64,000 nucleotides of DNA from Halobacteriales archaeon. Its GTDB lineage: Archaea > Halobacteriota > Halobacteria > Halobacteriales > SKSH01. Of this stretch, positions 54,428 through 62,699 are shown piece after piece. The position numbers were made by a program, and so were the translations under genes. Under the pieces are notes generated by a model, which was given only the letters and a program-made list of their open reading frames with translations, made no database searches and had not been told where the DNA came from. Each line of letters starts with the position of its first letter. The stretch's first letter is position 1. The DNA lies in the NCBI GenBank assembly GCA_007118145.1, contig SKSD01000056.1, positions 19,851 through 83,850 of the forward strand, given 5' to 3'.

Positions 54428-55303
54428 TCACGGAGGGCTACCGCCTGGCCAATCCTCCTCCGCAAATTTGCCACTTTCCAGGGAGAAGTCGTCACGAGGG
54501 AAACCCTGACAGGTCAGTGTGTATCCGTCCTGTAACGCTGCATCGTCCAGATATTCGTAGTCGTTCACCTCCAGATGGACGAGCTCGCGGGTGTCGCCAT
54601 CGACCTGTGCGAGGCATTGTCCACACCAGCCCTCGCGACAGCGATATGGCAGTTCGAAGCCGCGTTCTTCGCCCGCGACTAGGAGACTTTGATCCTCCGG
54701 GACCTCTATTGTCCAGCGTTCGTTCACGTAGTCGATTGTGTGTGTCGCCTCGATTGTGCCATCGACCTCATCGTCATCGTCGTCATCGACGACGAGCGCC
54801 CCAACCTGACCGGTCTGGAGGGAGAAGTCGCTTCGAGGGTAGCCCGTGCACGTCAGCACATATCCATCCTCGATGGCGCGGTCGTCCAGCGGGTCGTACT
54901 TGTTGATAGTCATGTGGACGAGCTCGTGACCGTCACCGTCAACGCGGGCGAGACACTGTCCACAGAAACCCGTCCTGCAGAAGTAGGGAAGATCCCAGCC
55001 CTGTGCCTCCCCGGCCTCTAGCAGATTTTCATTCCCGGCCACCTCGATGGTATCCTCTTCGTTCTCGAATGTGATGTCGAACCGGTCCTCGATACCTACG
55101 ATTGGTGCCTCCCGAGGTGACGGCTCGCCGAACACACCTAAACAGCCGGCCAACGCAAACGAGCCACCCGCGGCCATCAATCCGAGGACTTCGCGACGAT
55201 GCGAAGTGAGTGGAGTAGCGTCGCATGAGTTACCCTTGTTTTTACAGGAGCGACCGTTTTGACAGTGGCCCTCCTCACCGTGGCAGTTCCGCTCCTCGTT
55301 CAT
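54428..55303 (-). CDS. Tat lipoprotein with two plant-type [2Fe-2S] ferredoxin domains and a Cys/His-rich pre-signal segment
   Basis: SHRREVLGLMAAGGSFALAGC. Two copies of C-x4-C-x2-C...C: FCRTGFCGQC...LTCTG and RCREGWCGQC...LTCQG. The N-terminus is NCHGEEGHCQNGRSCKNKGNSC. Confidence 0.75.
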   Translation of the reverse strand: MNEERNCHGEEGHCQNGRSCKNKGNSCDATPLTSHRREVLGLMAAGGSFALAGCLGVFGEPSPREAPIVGIEDRFDITFENEEDTIEVAGNENLLEAGEAQGWDLPYFCRTGFCGQCLARVDGDGHELVHMTINKYDPLDDRAIEDGYVLTCTGYPRSDFSLQTGQVGALVVDDDDDDEVDGTIEATHTIDYVNERWTIEVPEDQSLLVAGEERGFELPYRCREGWCGQCLAQVDGDTRELVHLEVNDYEYLDDAALQDGYTLTCQGFPRDDFSLESGKFAEEDWPGGSPP

Positions 55304-55619
55304 ACGTCCACTACGGGACGCTAATGGCGTTGCAATTAGCCTTTAGTATGAAGTCATATTTGTACGGCCACCAGTCACGAACGCATCGCCGTGATTGTCC
55401 CGTCCGATAGGGGAACCGATATACCACGCAGTGTTGATACCCGATAGGCACTGTCAGGTGCTCTCTCCAATCGTGTTACTCATAGCACCGAAGCCGTGCG
55501 CCACCGGAACTCAGCGAGGGCGAGAACGGATAAATCGTCTGAACGATGCGAGGTCGCCCTCGCCGAACCATGTGCAATCCCATCTGACCTGGTCTTACGA
55601 CAGGTTTCTCACACGTCCG

Positions 55620-55961
55620 CTAGGCAACGTCTGAGGTTTCTTGGGAATCTTGTCTGGCCGAACCCTCTATTAAAGGACCCCATAGGGCAGCTGTGAGGCC
55701 GTTACTTCTTTGCTCCAGTGCGGAGAGGTTTTCGGAGACGGTTTCGCTTTCAAGGAACTCTCGACACCCCGTGAGGTTATCGAACACGAACACCAGTTTG
55801 TACCGATTGGTCTCCACGTCGTACTCGCGATACAAGCGAAAGCCATGTACACCAACGGAGGTACCAAGACCAGTAGTCACCTCTGAGAACCACGGGACCC
55901 TAAACTCCTCATCAACCAGCTCGAACTCGATCTCATAGATGATCGCGCCATCGAGGTTCAT
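55620..55961 (-). CDS. hypothetical protein (113 aa)
   Basis: ATG-initiated with plausible composition. No motif recognised. Confidence 0.45.
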   Translation of the reverse strand: MNLDGAIIYEIEFELVDEEFRVPWFSEVTTGLGTSVGVHGFRLYREYDVETNRYKLVFVFDNLTGCREFLESETVSENLSALEQRSNGLTAALWGPLIEGSARQDSQETSDVA

Positions 55962-56077
55962 GACTGGTGAGCAGTGGTCGCAAGGGGGGTCGTGGTGACT
56001 GACACGGACGTACCTTCGAGCAAGGACTCAGTCAATCTCTGGCTGGATACTTGATGGTTTTATTGCTAATGTACAGC

Positions 56078-56737
56078 TCAGGGAACGTTACCATCTACTC
56101 TATAGAGCGCACGAACAAGCGTTGATTCGGCTGAGTTGAGTCGCTGTGAGACCGCCGATTGCGATACCCCGATATGCTCGGCGAGTTCGGCAAGATCTGC
56201 CCTGCGGGGACTGTCATAATAGCCTGATTCAATAGCAGCCTCGATGGCTTCACGCTGTTTCTCCGTGACGAGGTCAGCATCGAGTTCGAGCGTTCTCGTC
56301 CCATCGGTTCGATCTTTCAATGGTAGGATGCTTTCGAGCGTGACGACCGCTCCTCGCGCTCGAAGCCCTTCGATGATATCGCGGAGGATTTGGCGATTGG
56401 GCACCGTCACAGCAACGAACAGGCAATCGGCGCGAAACGACCTGATATCAACGACACAATCCGTCTCGGAAAATACCGGACAGACACAGTAGTCAGTTAC
56501 CGTCGAAGCGACGAATCGTCTCCTACACTCACCATCGTCAGAGACCTTCACCTCGGCCCGACACCCAGGGGTAGTCTCACCTTTCGGCCTCACATCGTTT
56601 CGATGGATATCGTCACCTCGCGGCCCACTGTCGAGTATTGCACATGCTGCCTCCGACGAAACTTCGACACATAGGCGAGCAGTCAGTGACCGGTCGCTGT
56701 CTCGATCCCTACTGGAAGGAGCGGTCCGGGAGGCCAT
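56078..56737 (-). CDS. Bat-type (HTH_10) transcriptional regulator
   Basis: C-terminal LTEKQREAIEAAIESGYYDSPRRADLAELAEHIGVSQSAVSQRLNSAESTLV. Confidence 0.8.
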   Translation of the reverse strand: MASRTAPSSRDRDSDRSLTARLCVEVSSEAACAILDSGPRGDDIHRNDVRPKGETTPGCRAEVKVSDDGECRRRFVASTVTDYCVCPVFSETDCVVDIRSFRADCLFVAVTVPNRQILRDIIEGLRARGAVVTLESILPLKDRTDGTRTLELDADLVTEKQREAIEAAIESGYYDSPRRADLAELAEHIGVSQSAVSQRLNSAESTLVRALYRVDGNVP

Positions 56738-56922
56738 ATACAGGGAAGACTTCCACGAAGTATGAAATACCAGCTGCCAGTTTTCATCTGGTGGGAACGT
56801 GGTTTGATCGGATCACAATCGCCCAAATCCCGAGGATCACAGATGGAGCATGAATCGGATGGGTGCAGCGCTAGAACGATGCCTGATCACGGTGTTAAGG
56901 AAGGTACCTCCACGCCGAGGGC

Positions 56923-58119
56923 TCAGAATCCCGTCCCGAGGTAGGTCTGTGACCTGGGGAAGAGTTCGTCAAGTGTGTCGATGACCGACTCGGCTGCATC
57001 GAGGCGGTGCAAATCAGCCAGGTGTCGGGCCGAACGATGACCCACCGCGAGCTGGGTGAGGTGTGCGATGTCGATCCTGGCGTCGGGATCGTTCGTACGC
57101 TGTTCACAGCTCGTCTCACCGTCTGACACCTCGAGGTGGAACGTCCCGTCGTTCCAGTCGACGAGCTGGTCGGACACCTCGATGGTGACCTCGGCGTCGA
57201 CCTCGGGCTCACACAAGGCGGGCAGTGAGCGGGTGATATCGACCAGTCGGGCCATCGCCCCGGTCTTCAGCGTGGCTTCGATCTCCTCGGGATCTGATGC
57301 GAGATCGAGCACTGCCACATCGGTCGGTAGGCTCCACGTGACGGTTGTCACCTGCGAATCGTGATTGGTGAGGAAAGCCAGAATGGCGAGTAACCCCTCC
57401 AGGTCGAGGTACGCGAGGTCGTACACCTGGAGTGTTCGTTCACCCGACTCACCATCGATGACGTAGGTGAGGTAGGCACGAACCTCCCCGTCGACCTCCC
57501 AGGCGTAGACGTATGGATCTGTCCTCCACGACTCAAAGACGCGATAGCGCCACCACTCATCTGACCTGGTGACCGAGAGGGTGTATTCGGAGACGTAGTG
57601 CTCGTAAACGGGGGAGATCTGATCGAAGTCGTCAGCGTCGAGCTGGCGGAACGCACCTTGCTGATCGCGCTCGTCCCTGGCGAAGGCCAATGCGGATGGT
57701 TCACACGAGTACCTGATCCAGTCTGCACATGACTCCCAGCCCATCTGCCGATAGAATCGATACCTGAATGGCCACAGGAGCGCGACGATGTCTCCGCGGT
57801 CGCGGTACTCCTCAAGGGCGTTTCTCAAGAGCTTCGTCACGTACCCCGAGCGCCGGTGTTCTGGCGGGGTCGCGACGGCCGAGAGTCCCGGTGCGGGGTG
57901 GTACCTTCCCCTGATGTTGGCATCGAACCAGTGGTGTGCACAGACACTCTTGAGCTCACCATCGTCGAACAGTCCTCGTCTATCGCCGATATTGGCTCGC
58001 TCGATGTCGTGCTCCTCCGTGTCGTACTCGACCGGCCCTGAGCTAGGGCTGAAGGCATACTTGGTGAACTCGAAGTAGGCCTCACGGTGTTCGTCACCGA
58101 GCGGTCGATACGTGACCAT
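56923..58119 (-). CDS. Eis-like GNAT N-acetyltransferase with a C-terminal SCP2-like domain
   Basis: 398 aa. The N-terminus (MVTYRPLGDEHREAYFEF...) and ...RRSGYVTKLLRNAL... fit the GNAT acetyl-CoA site pattern. Confidence 0.7.
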   Translation of the reverse strand: MVTYRPLGDEHREAYFEFTKYAFSPSSGPVEYDTEEHDIERANIGDRRGLFDDGELKSVCAHHWFDANIRGRYHPAPGLSAVATPPEHRRSGYVTKLLRNALEEYRDRGDIVALLWPFRYRFYRQMGWESCADWIRYSCEPSALAFARDERDQQGAFRQLDADDFDQISPVYEHYVSEYTLSVTRSDEWWRYRVFESWRTDPYVYAWEVDGEVRAYLTYVIDGESGERTLQVYDLAYLDLEGLLAILAFLTNHDSQVTTVTWSLPTDVAVLDLASDPEEIEATLKTGAMARLVDITRSLPALCEPEVDAEVTIEVSDQLVDWNDGTFHLEVSDGETSCEQRTNDPDARIDIAHLTQLAVGHRSARHLADLHRLDAAESVIDTLDELFPRSQTYLGTGF

Positions 58120-58314
58120 ATCGGATGTGGTTGTACCTGGAGTAATACGATTTCGATTACGAGAGATTTTGGGTATTACTTGCCGTAAATCGACTGTTAT
58201 GACCGGTTACCGCAGGCTCAGCGATGGAGACTGTAGCTCCCTGACTCACATGGTTCGTGATTCGGTGGTTTCGCAATTCTTATGCAGGGTTCAGCGGTTA
58301 GTCAAGGGTGCTGA

Positions 58315-58385
58315 GCGCTGGTAGTGTAGCGGTATCACGTGACCCTGCCACGGTCGCAACCCGGGTTCAAATCCCGGCCAGCGCA
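58315..58385 (+). tRNA. tRNA-Gly (anticodon GCC)
   Basis: GCGCTGG...TGACC-CTGCCAC-GGTCG...CCGGG-TTCAAAT-CCCGG-CCAGCGC-A. Confidence 0.85.
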
Positions 58386-58820
58386 ACTGGAGGAATGGTT
58401 CAATTCTGTGTTTCCATACCAACGAGAGAGCCATCGAGTTGACGGTACACAACCTGGACGGGCCTCTCCCCTCGCCAACCCGTTCTTGCATGGTGGCTAA
58501 AACCCTCGAATGCATCGACCTGAGGTGCCTGGCACCCGGTTCGACGTGGCCGTGGTCGGACAGTGCTGGATACCCAACCCGAACTTCGCCTGGGACGACA
58601 TCGTGCCGGGTAAAACCGATTGGACCTCCCGGTTGCGTGGTCTGTATGGCTGTCCCGACAGGTGTTCTTTCAGCGAGATTGCCGGTGCTCAGTGATTGCA
58701 ACCCCGCCCTAGACCCGGAGGATATGATGACTACCAAACAGATGCATACGTCCGCTATCTCCCACAGTAGCCGTTCAGATGGGGTAGAAGCTTTCCGGCT
58801 GCCCCTCGATTGTCGAATCC

Positions 58821-59870
58821 ATGTCGGTAGATCATCAAAGCGGCTCGTGGTTCACTGAGGAACAGGCGATGCTCACGTTCGCACTGATGAGCGTATTGCT
58901 GGCCGCTCTCGTCATCAGACCGTACCTCCAGTTCATCCTGCTGGGGATGATCCTCGCCTACATCCTATGGCCGATCAGGGCGCTGCTGCTCCAAAGGCTG
59001 GAGCGGACACTCGCTGCACTCGGATTGACCGTGATGACAATCGTGGTGATCATGGTCCCGCTAGGCTATCTCCTCATCGAGGCAGGATTGGAGATGTTGG
59101 AAATTATCGATGAGATTCGTGCCGGGGAACTCGACTTAGCTGATGTCGAGGCACAATTGGCATTACTGGGCATCGAGACTGATCTTAATGCGATGTTCGA
59201 GACGTACAGCGATCAGATTGCAATGGGACTGGAGATCCTAGCATTCACGCTATTCGGTTTCATACGCACCATTCCGCACCTCTTCATCGGTCTCACAATC
59301 ACGGTCTTTGTGCTGTTCATCCTGCTTCGTGACGGTGACCGATTGCTCGCATGGACTCGATCGATTCTCCCGATCCGAGATGAGATACAGAACGAACTAA
59401 ACGAGCGCCTTGACCGACTCACCCGAGCATCGGTCATTGGTAACGTGGCGGCAAGCCTGATTCAGGCCGTCGCGTTGGGGGTGGGGTTGTGGTTGCTTGG
59501 TTTCGATAAGGTGTTCTTCCTCACCGTATTGACCTTCATCTTCGCGCTACTGCCGCTTGTCGGTGCCTTCATCGTGTGGATACCGCTTGTGTTCTATCTC
59601 GTGGCCATCGGCGATACATCTGCAGCGTTGCTCTTGACCGTTCTCGGGATGGTCGTGAGCCTCTCTGATTTCTACACCCGACCGCTTGTCATCGGCCACA
59701 GCGCGGCGATCAACTCAGCGATTATCGTCGTTGGTGTCTTCGGCGGGATTGTTACCTTCGGGGCGATCGGCCTGCTCGTCGGTCCGGTCATCTTAGGTGG
59801 TGCGAAGATCTTCGTCGAGGTGCTTATCAGGGAGCGAAACTCTGATAGAAGCCACAACGTCGCGACCTGA
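58821..59870 (+). CDS. AI-2E (PerM/YdiK) family transporter
   Basis: 349 aa with about 8 TM helices. The conserved ...RASVIGNVAASLIQAV... region fits this family. Confidence 0.7.
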   Translation: MSVDHQSGSWFTEEQAMLTFALMSVLLAALVIRPYLQFILLGMILAYILWPIRALLLQRLERTLAALGLTVMTIVVIMVPLGYLLIEAGLEMLEIIDEIRAGELDLADVEAQLALLGIETDLNAMFETYSDQIAMGLEILAFTLFGFIRTIPHLFIGLTITVFVLFILLRDGDRLLAWTRSILPIRDEIQNELNERLDRLTRASVIGNVAASLIQAVALGVGLWLLGFDKVFFLTVLTFIFALLPLVGAFIVWIPLVFYLVAIGDTSAALLLTVLGMVVSLSDFYTRPLVIGHSAAINSAIIVVGVFGGIVTFGAIGLLVGPVILGGAKIFVEVLIRERNSDRSHNVAT

Positions 59871-59943
59871 TCTGGCCCATTCTATCCCTCGAATTCGGTG
59901 ACGTGTCAATGATGATATACTCACTTCCATCGGAGAGCAGAAC

Positions 59944-59966
59944 AAACATGAGCGCATCATGTTTTT
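59944..59966 (+). terminator. hairpin plus T-run downstream of the AI-2E gene
   Basis: AAACATGA-gcgca-TCATGTTT followed by TT, giving a T5 run at 59962-59966. It lies about 75 nt after the stop. Confidence 0.35.
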
Positions 59967-60130
59967 ACAGGAGGTACTTCGCGAAGTACACCTGTCATTC
60001 CAGGCCGATTGTTCCCTGGAACACGTTCCTCTCATCGCCATGCTGATGAGCAACTTCGTGACCGTATAATTTGCATACCTGGTCATGTCGACCTACAGTG
60101 GGACACCTTTCTTCGAGGTTTTACACGGTT

Positions 60131-60874
60131 CTAACCCTCGTCAACGGTCACTGTGTGTTCAGCGATATGAAGGAACATGACGGGTGTTGAACCCGCGGTG
60201 AAGTCCAGGACGCGTTGCTCAACCGATTCGTCATAGTTGATCTGATCGTTCCCACCGAGGGTGACGCTCCTTGCATGGATCGATCCAGTCAGGTGGAAGT
60301 TCCCGTTGATATCGACATCGGCGTTACTGGCGTAGACAATCGCATCTAGTTCGACCGTCCCACCGCCGCTGGTCCCATCATCAAAGCCCTCACCAATTAC
60401 GAAGGCGTTTCTGTAGCCCTCGGGATCTTCGTTCGTGGTGTAGACCTTGGCATTACCCTGGAATCCGAGATTGCCGGCAACATAGTAGGTTACAGTGTTT
60501 TCGCCGTCACCGGTGACCATGATCTCGTGGTTTGCAAGGTCGAAGTCGCCGCCAATGACGAGCTCGACATCGCCGTCGGTCGTGTCGATTTCGATGTCAT
60601 CCGACAACTGCACATCCCCATCGAAGTAGTACGTGCCATTGGTGATTGTACATGAGCCCGTGATCCCTTCGGTAGCGTTCACGCAATCGACTCGGTCATT
60701 GTCGTTGTCGTCCGCAGCCTCTATGAGGTGACCGTCAATCATCGATCTGGTGTCGATTAAGAACTCGACTCGCTCGATGTCACCGTCAATTGTCGGGTTA
60801 CCACGAATATGGTAGTCATTCTGGTAGGTGATAGCGGTATCTGGTGTCACCTCGCTAATCGATTCGAGTTCCAT
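60131..60874 (-). CDS. beta-helix-like repeat protein associated with the pilin-like gene
   Basis: 247 aa. Repeats resemble archaeal pilus-locus accessory proteins: GDVELVIGGDFDL, VTYYVAGNLGFQGNAKV, DAIVYASNADVDINGNFHLTGSI. It has no hydrophobic segment of its own. Confidence 0.55.
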   Translation of the reverse strand: MELESISEVTPDTAITYQNDYHIRGNPTIDGDIERVEFLIDTRSMIDGHLIEAADDNDNDRVDCVNATEGITGSCTITNGTYYFDGDVQLSDDIEIDTTDGDVELVIGGDFDLANHEIMVTGDGENTVTYYVAGNLGFQGNAKVYTTNEDPEGYRNAFVIGEGFDDGTSGGGTVELDAIVYASNADVDINGNFHLTGSIHARSVTLGGNDQINYDESVEQRVLDFTAGSTPVMFLHIAEHTVTVDEG

Positions 60875-61653
60875 CGTAAGGTGTTGTTCTCGTGATCAAT
60901 CGACACCGTACCGGTACCGCGGTCATCGAAGTATGCATACCAGCCCTCGTAGTGTTCGCTCTGGATTTCCAGCTTGACACTACCGTTTTCGACCGGATTG
61001 TCGTACGGGATGGCCAAGGTTTCGTAACTAGCTGTTGCATTAGGGAACTGCATGGAGCGGTCCTCTCCCGGGGCGATGTGGACGCTCGTCGCACCGCCAC
61101 GAGAGCCCGCCCCATCGAGGTTGATGATCGCGAGGTTTGCCGTCAGGCCGCGATAGACGAACGGGGGTGGAGCGATTACCTGCGTGGATCCATCCTCGGC
61201 GCGGTAGATGGCTCCACCCTCGAACGCGTACGTTCGATCAGCCATTGAAATTGTCAGTGAACCGAGGTTAGCCTCGTACAGGACTTCCTCAGCATCTGGA
61301 TTTGTAGCGTCGTATCCCGCGTGAATTACACGTATTGTGGTCGCGTCTGGGTTGATGGATAGGTGCGCTGAGTTGGGTGACTGAAGTGCCACGGTTCGAG
61401 CAGTTTCACCATTCATTCCGACACCGACGGCAGCCGACCTGAGTGAGAACATCGACTCCTCGATGGCTCGGTCGATCGCCTGGTCCTGTGGCGAGGCGAA
61501 GGCATTTACTGCGATCATCGCGACCACTCCAGCAGCGATGAAGATGATGCCGATGATGATCACACCCGCAAGGACCTCAGACTGCGCTCTCCGCCGTGAT
61601 TCGTGGTTGGCTGATTCAATCGACTGTCGGTCCCCCCCGACAGTTTTCACCAC
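60847..61653 (-). CDS. archaeal type IV pilin-like protein (class III signal peptide; DUF7289-like)
   Basis: RRAQSEVLAGVIIIGIIFIAAGVVAMIAV is a prepilin-type N-terminus; 268 aa. Confidence 0.65.
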   Translation of the reverse strand: MVKTVGGDRQSIESANHESRRRAQSEVLAGVIIIGIIFIAAGVVAMIAVNAFASPQDQAIDRAIEESMFSLRSAAVGVGMNGETARTVALQSPNSAHLSINPDATTIRVIHAGYDATNPDAEEVLYEANLGSLTISMADRTYAFEGGAIYRAEDGSTQVIAPPPFVYRGLTANLAIINLDGAGSRGGATSVHIAPGEDRSMQFPNATASYETLAIPYDNPVENGSVKLEIQSEHYEGWYAYFDDRGTGTVSIDHENNTLRWNSNRLAR

Positions 61654-62127
61654 TGTATAATGAGACGCACGTCAGGTCGGTATAATACCGACAATTATTG
61701 GCGCTGGATTTGAGTCATTCAACGCCAATATTCCAGGATTTCAGTGTCTCAGCGTGCGGATGGGTAACATGGGTGTCGCAAGACGTTAATACGGGAACTC
61801 TTCTTGGCAAGGAGCTAGACAGGTGAACGTGATGGATGGAATGACAACGCGAGGAGCGCTTTCTCTATCACAACGCAGATGTGCTCGAAGTGAGTGTCTT
61901 TAGAAGCTATGTTGTGGCTGTCGACGCTACCGGTCGGAGGACGACCTCTTCGTGCCAGGCGAGGTTTTGTTGTCGAGCCTAAAATTGGACCAATCACGAT
62001 AATCTGACGGAAAGCGAGATTTTTTGAACCCATTGACAGTTGAGGATTCCTAGACTTCGCGCAAGTGATTGTCAGCGATCCCTTCAATCCTGCAGGTATA
62101 TTAAAGGCCCGCAATACTCCACTAGAC

Positions 62128-62508
62128 ATGCCAGGAGACGAAGATATCACGACCTTCCATCGGTTGCAGATGCGGTTGTTCGAAGCATTCACACAGCCGG
62201 GTGATCCAACTGTGGTCGATCAACTCTACTCGGAGGACTTCTTCTCGATCAACGCAGATGGGAGCACCTCCGATAAACAGGGTGCCATTGAGATGGTCGA
62301 TGAAGGGGTGTTCCCGACCTCCGAGGAGGTGCAGGTCGAGGAGACGATGGTCCGCCGCTTCGGTGATAGTGCCGTTGTCACAGGCCGATCGAGATGGGTC
62401 AACTCAGACCCGGATCCAACCGTGACCGTTGGCCATACACAGATCTGGGTCCAGGAGAACGGCGAGTGGCAGCTGGTGGGGTGGCAGGGGACGCCTATTC
62501 CTGAGTGA
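62128..62508 (+). CDS. NTF2-like (SnoaL/DUF4440-type) protein
   Basis: ...SDKQGAIEMV...VVTGRSRW...HTQIWVQENGEWQLVGWQGT fits the family. I prefer the ATG at 62128; the track start is 62065. Confidence 0.6.
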   Translation: MPGDEDITTFHRLQMRLFEAFTQPGDPTVVDQLYSEDFFSINADGSTSDKQGAIEMVDEGVFPTSEEVQVEETMVRRFGDSAVVTGRSRWVNSDPDPTVTVGHTQIWVQENGEWQLVGWQGTPIPE

Positions 62509-62699
62509 GAGCGAACTGACCTATCAGAACTCCCTTCATCTCGGTATCGGAGCCTAGGAATAGGGATCTCGGAGGACATCGATCTGACACAAGGGTTACC
62601 TATTCACTCACAGGATCTGTTTTCTTCCGGTATCCCTTGAGGCTTAACCGAGTTTCCAAAACGATTAACCAATAACTGCGAGAAAAAGGATTCGTTTAG

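Noticed and set aside
54250-54906. 218-aa plus-strand ORF rich in Arg and Pro
   Set aside because: It is antisense to the di-ferredoxin gene and the adjacent intergenic DNA, with an implausible composition.
61815-62192. 125-aa minus-strand ORF in the AT-rich gap upstream of the NTF2-like gene
   Set aside because: Its codon composition is atypical for this genome and its 3' part overlaps the NTF2-like gene region. No motif is present.
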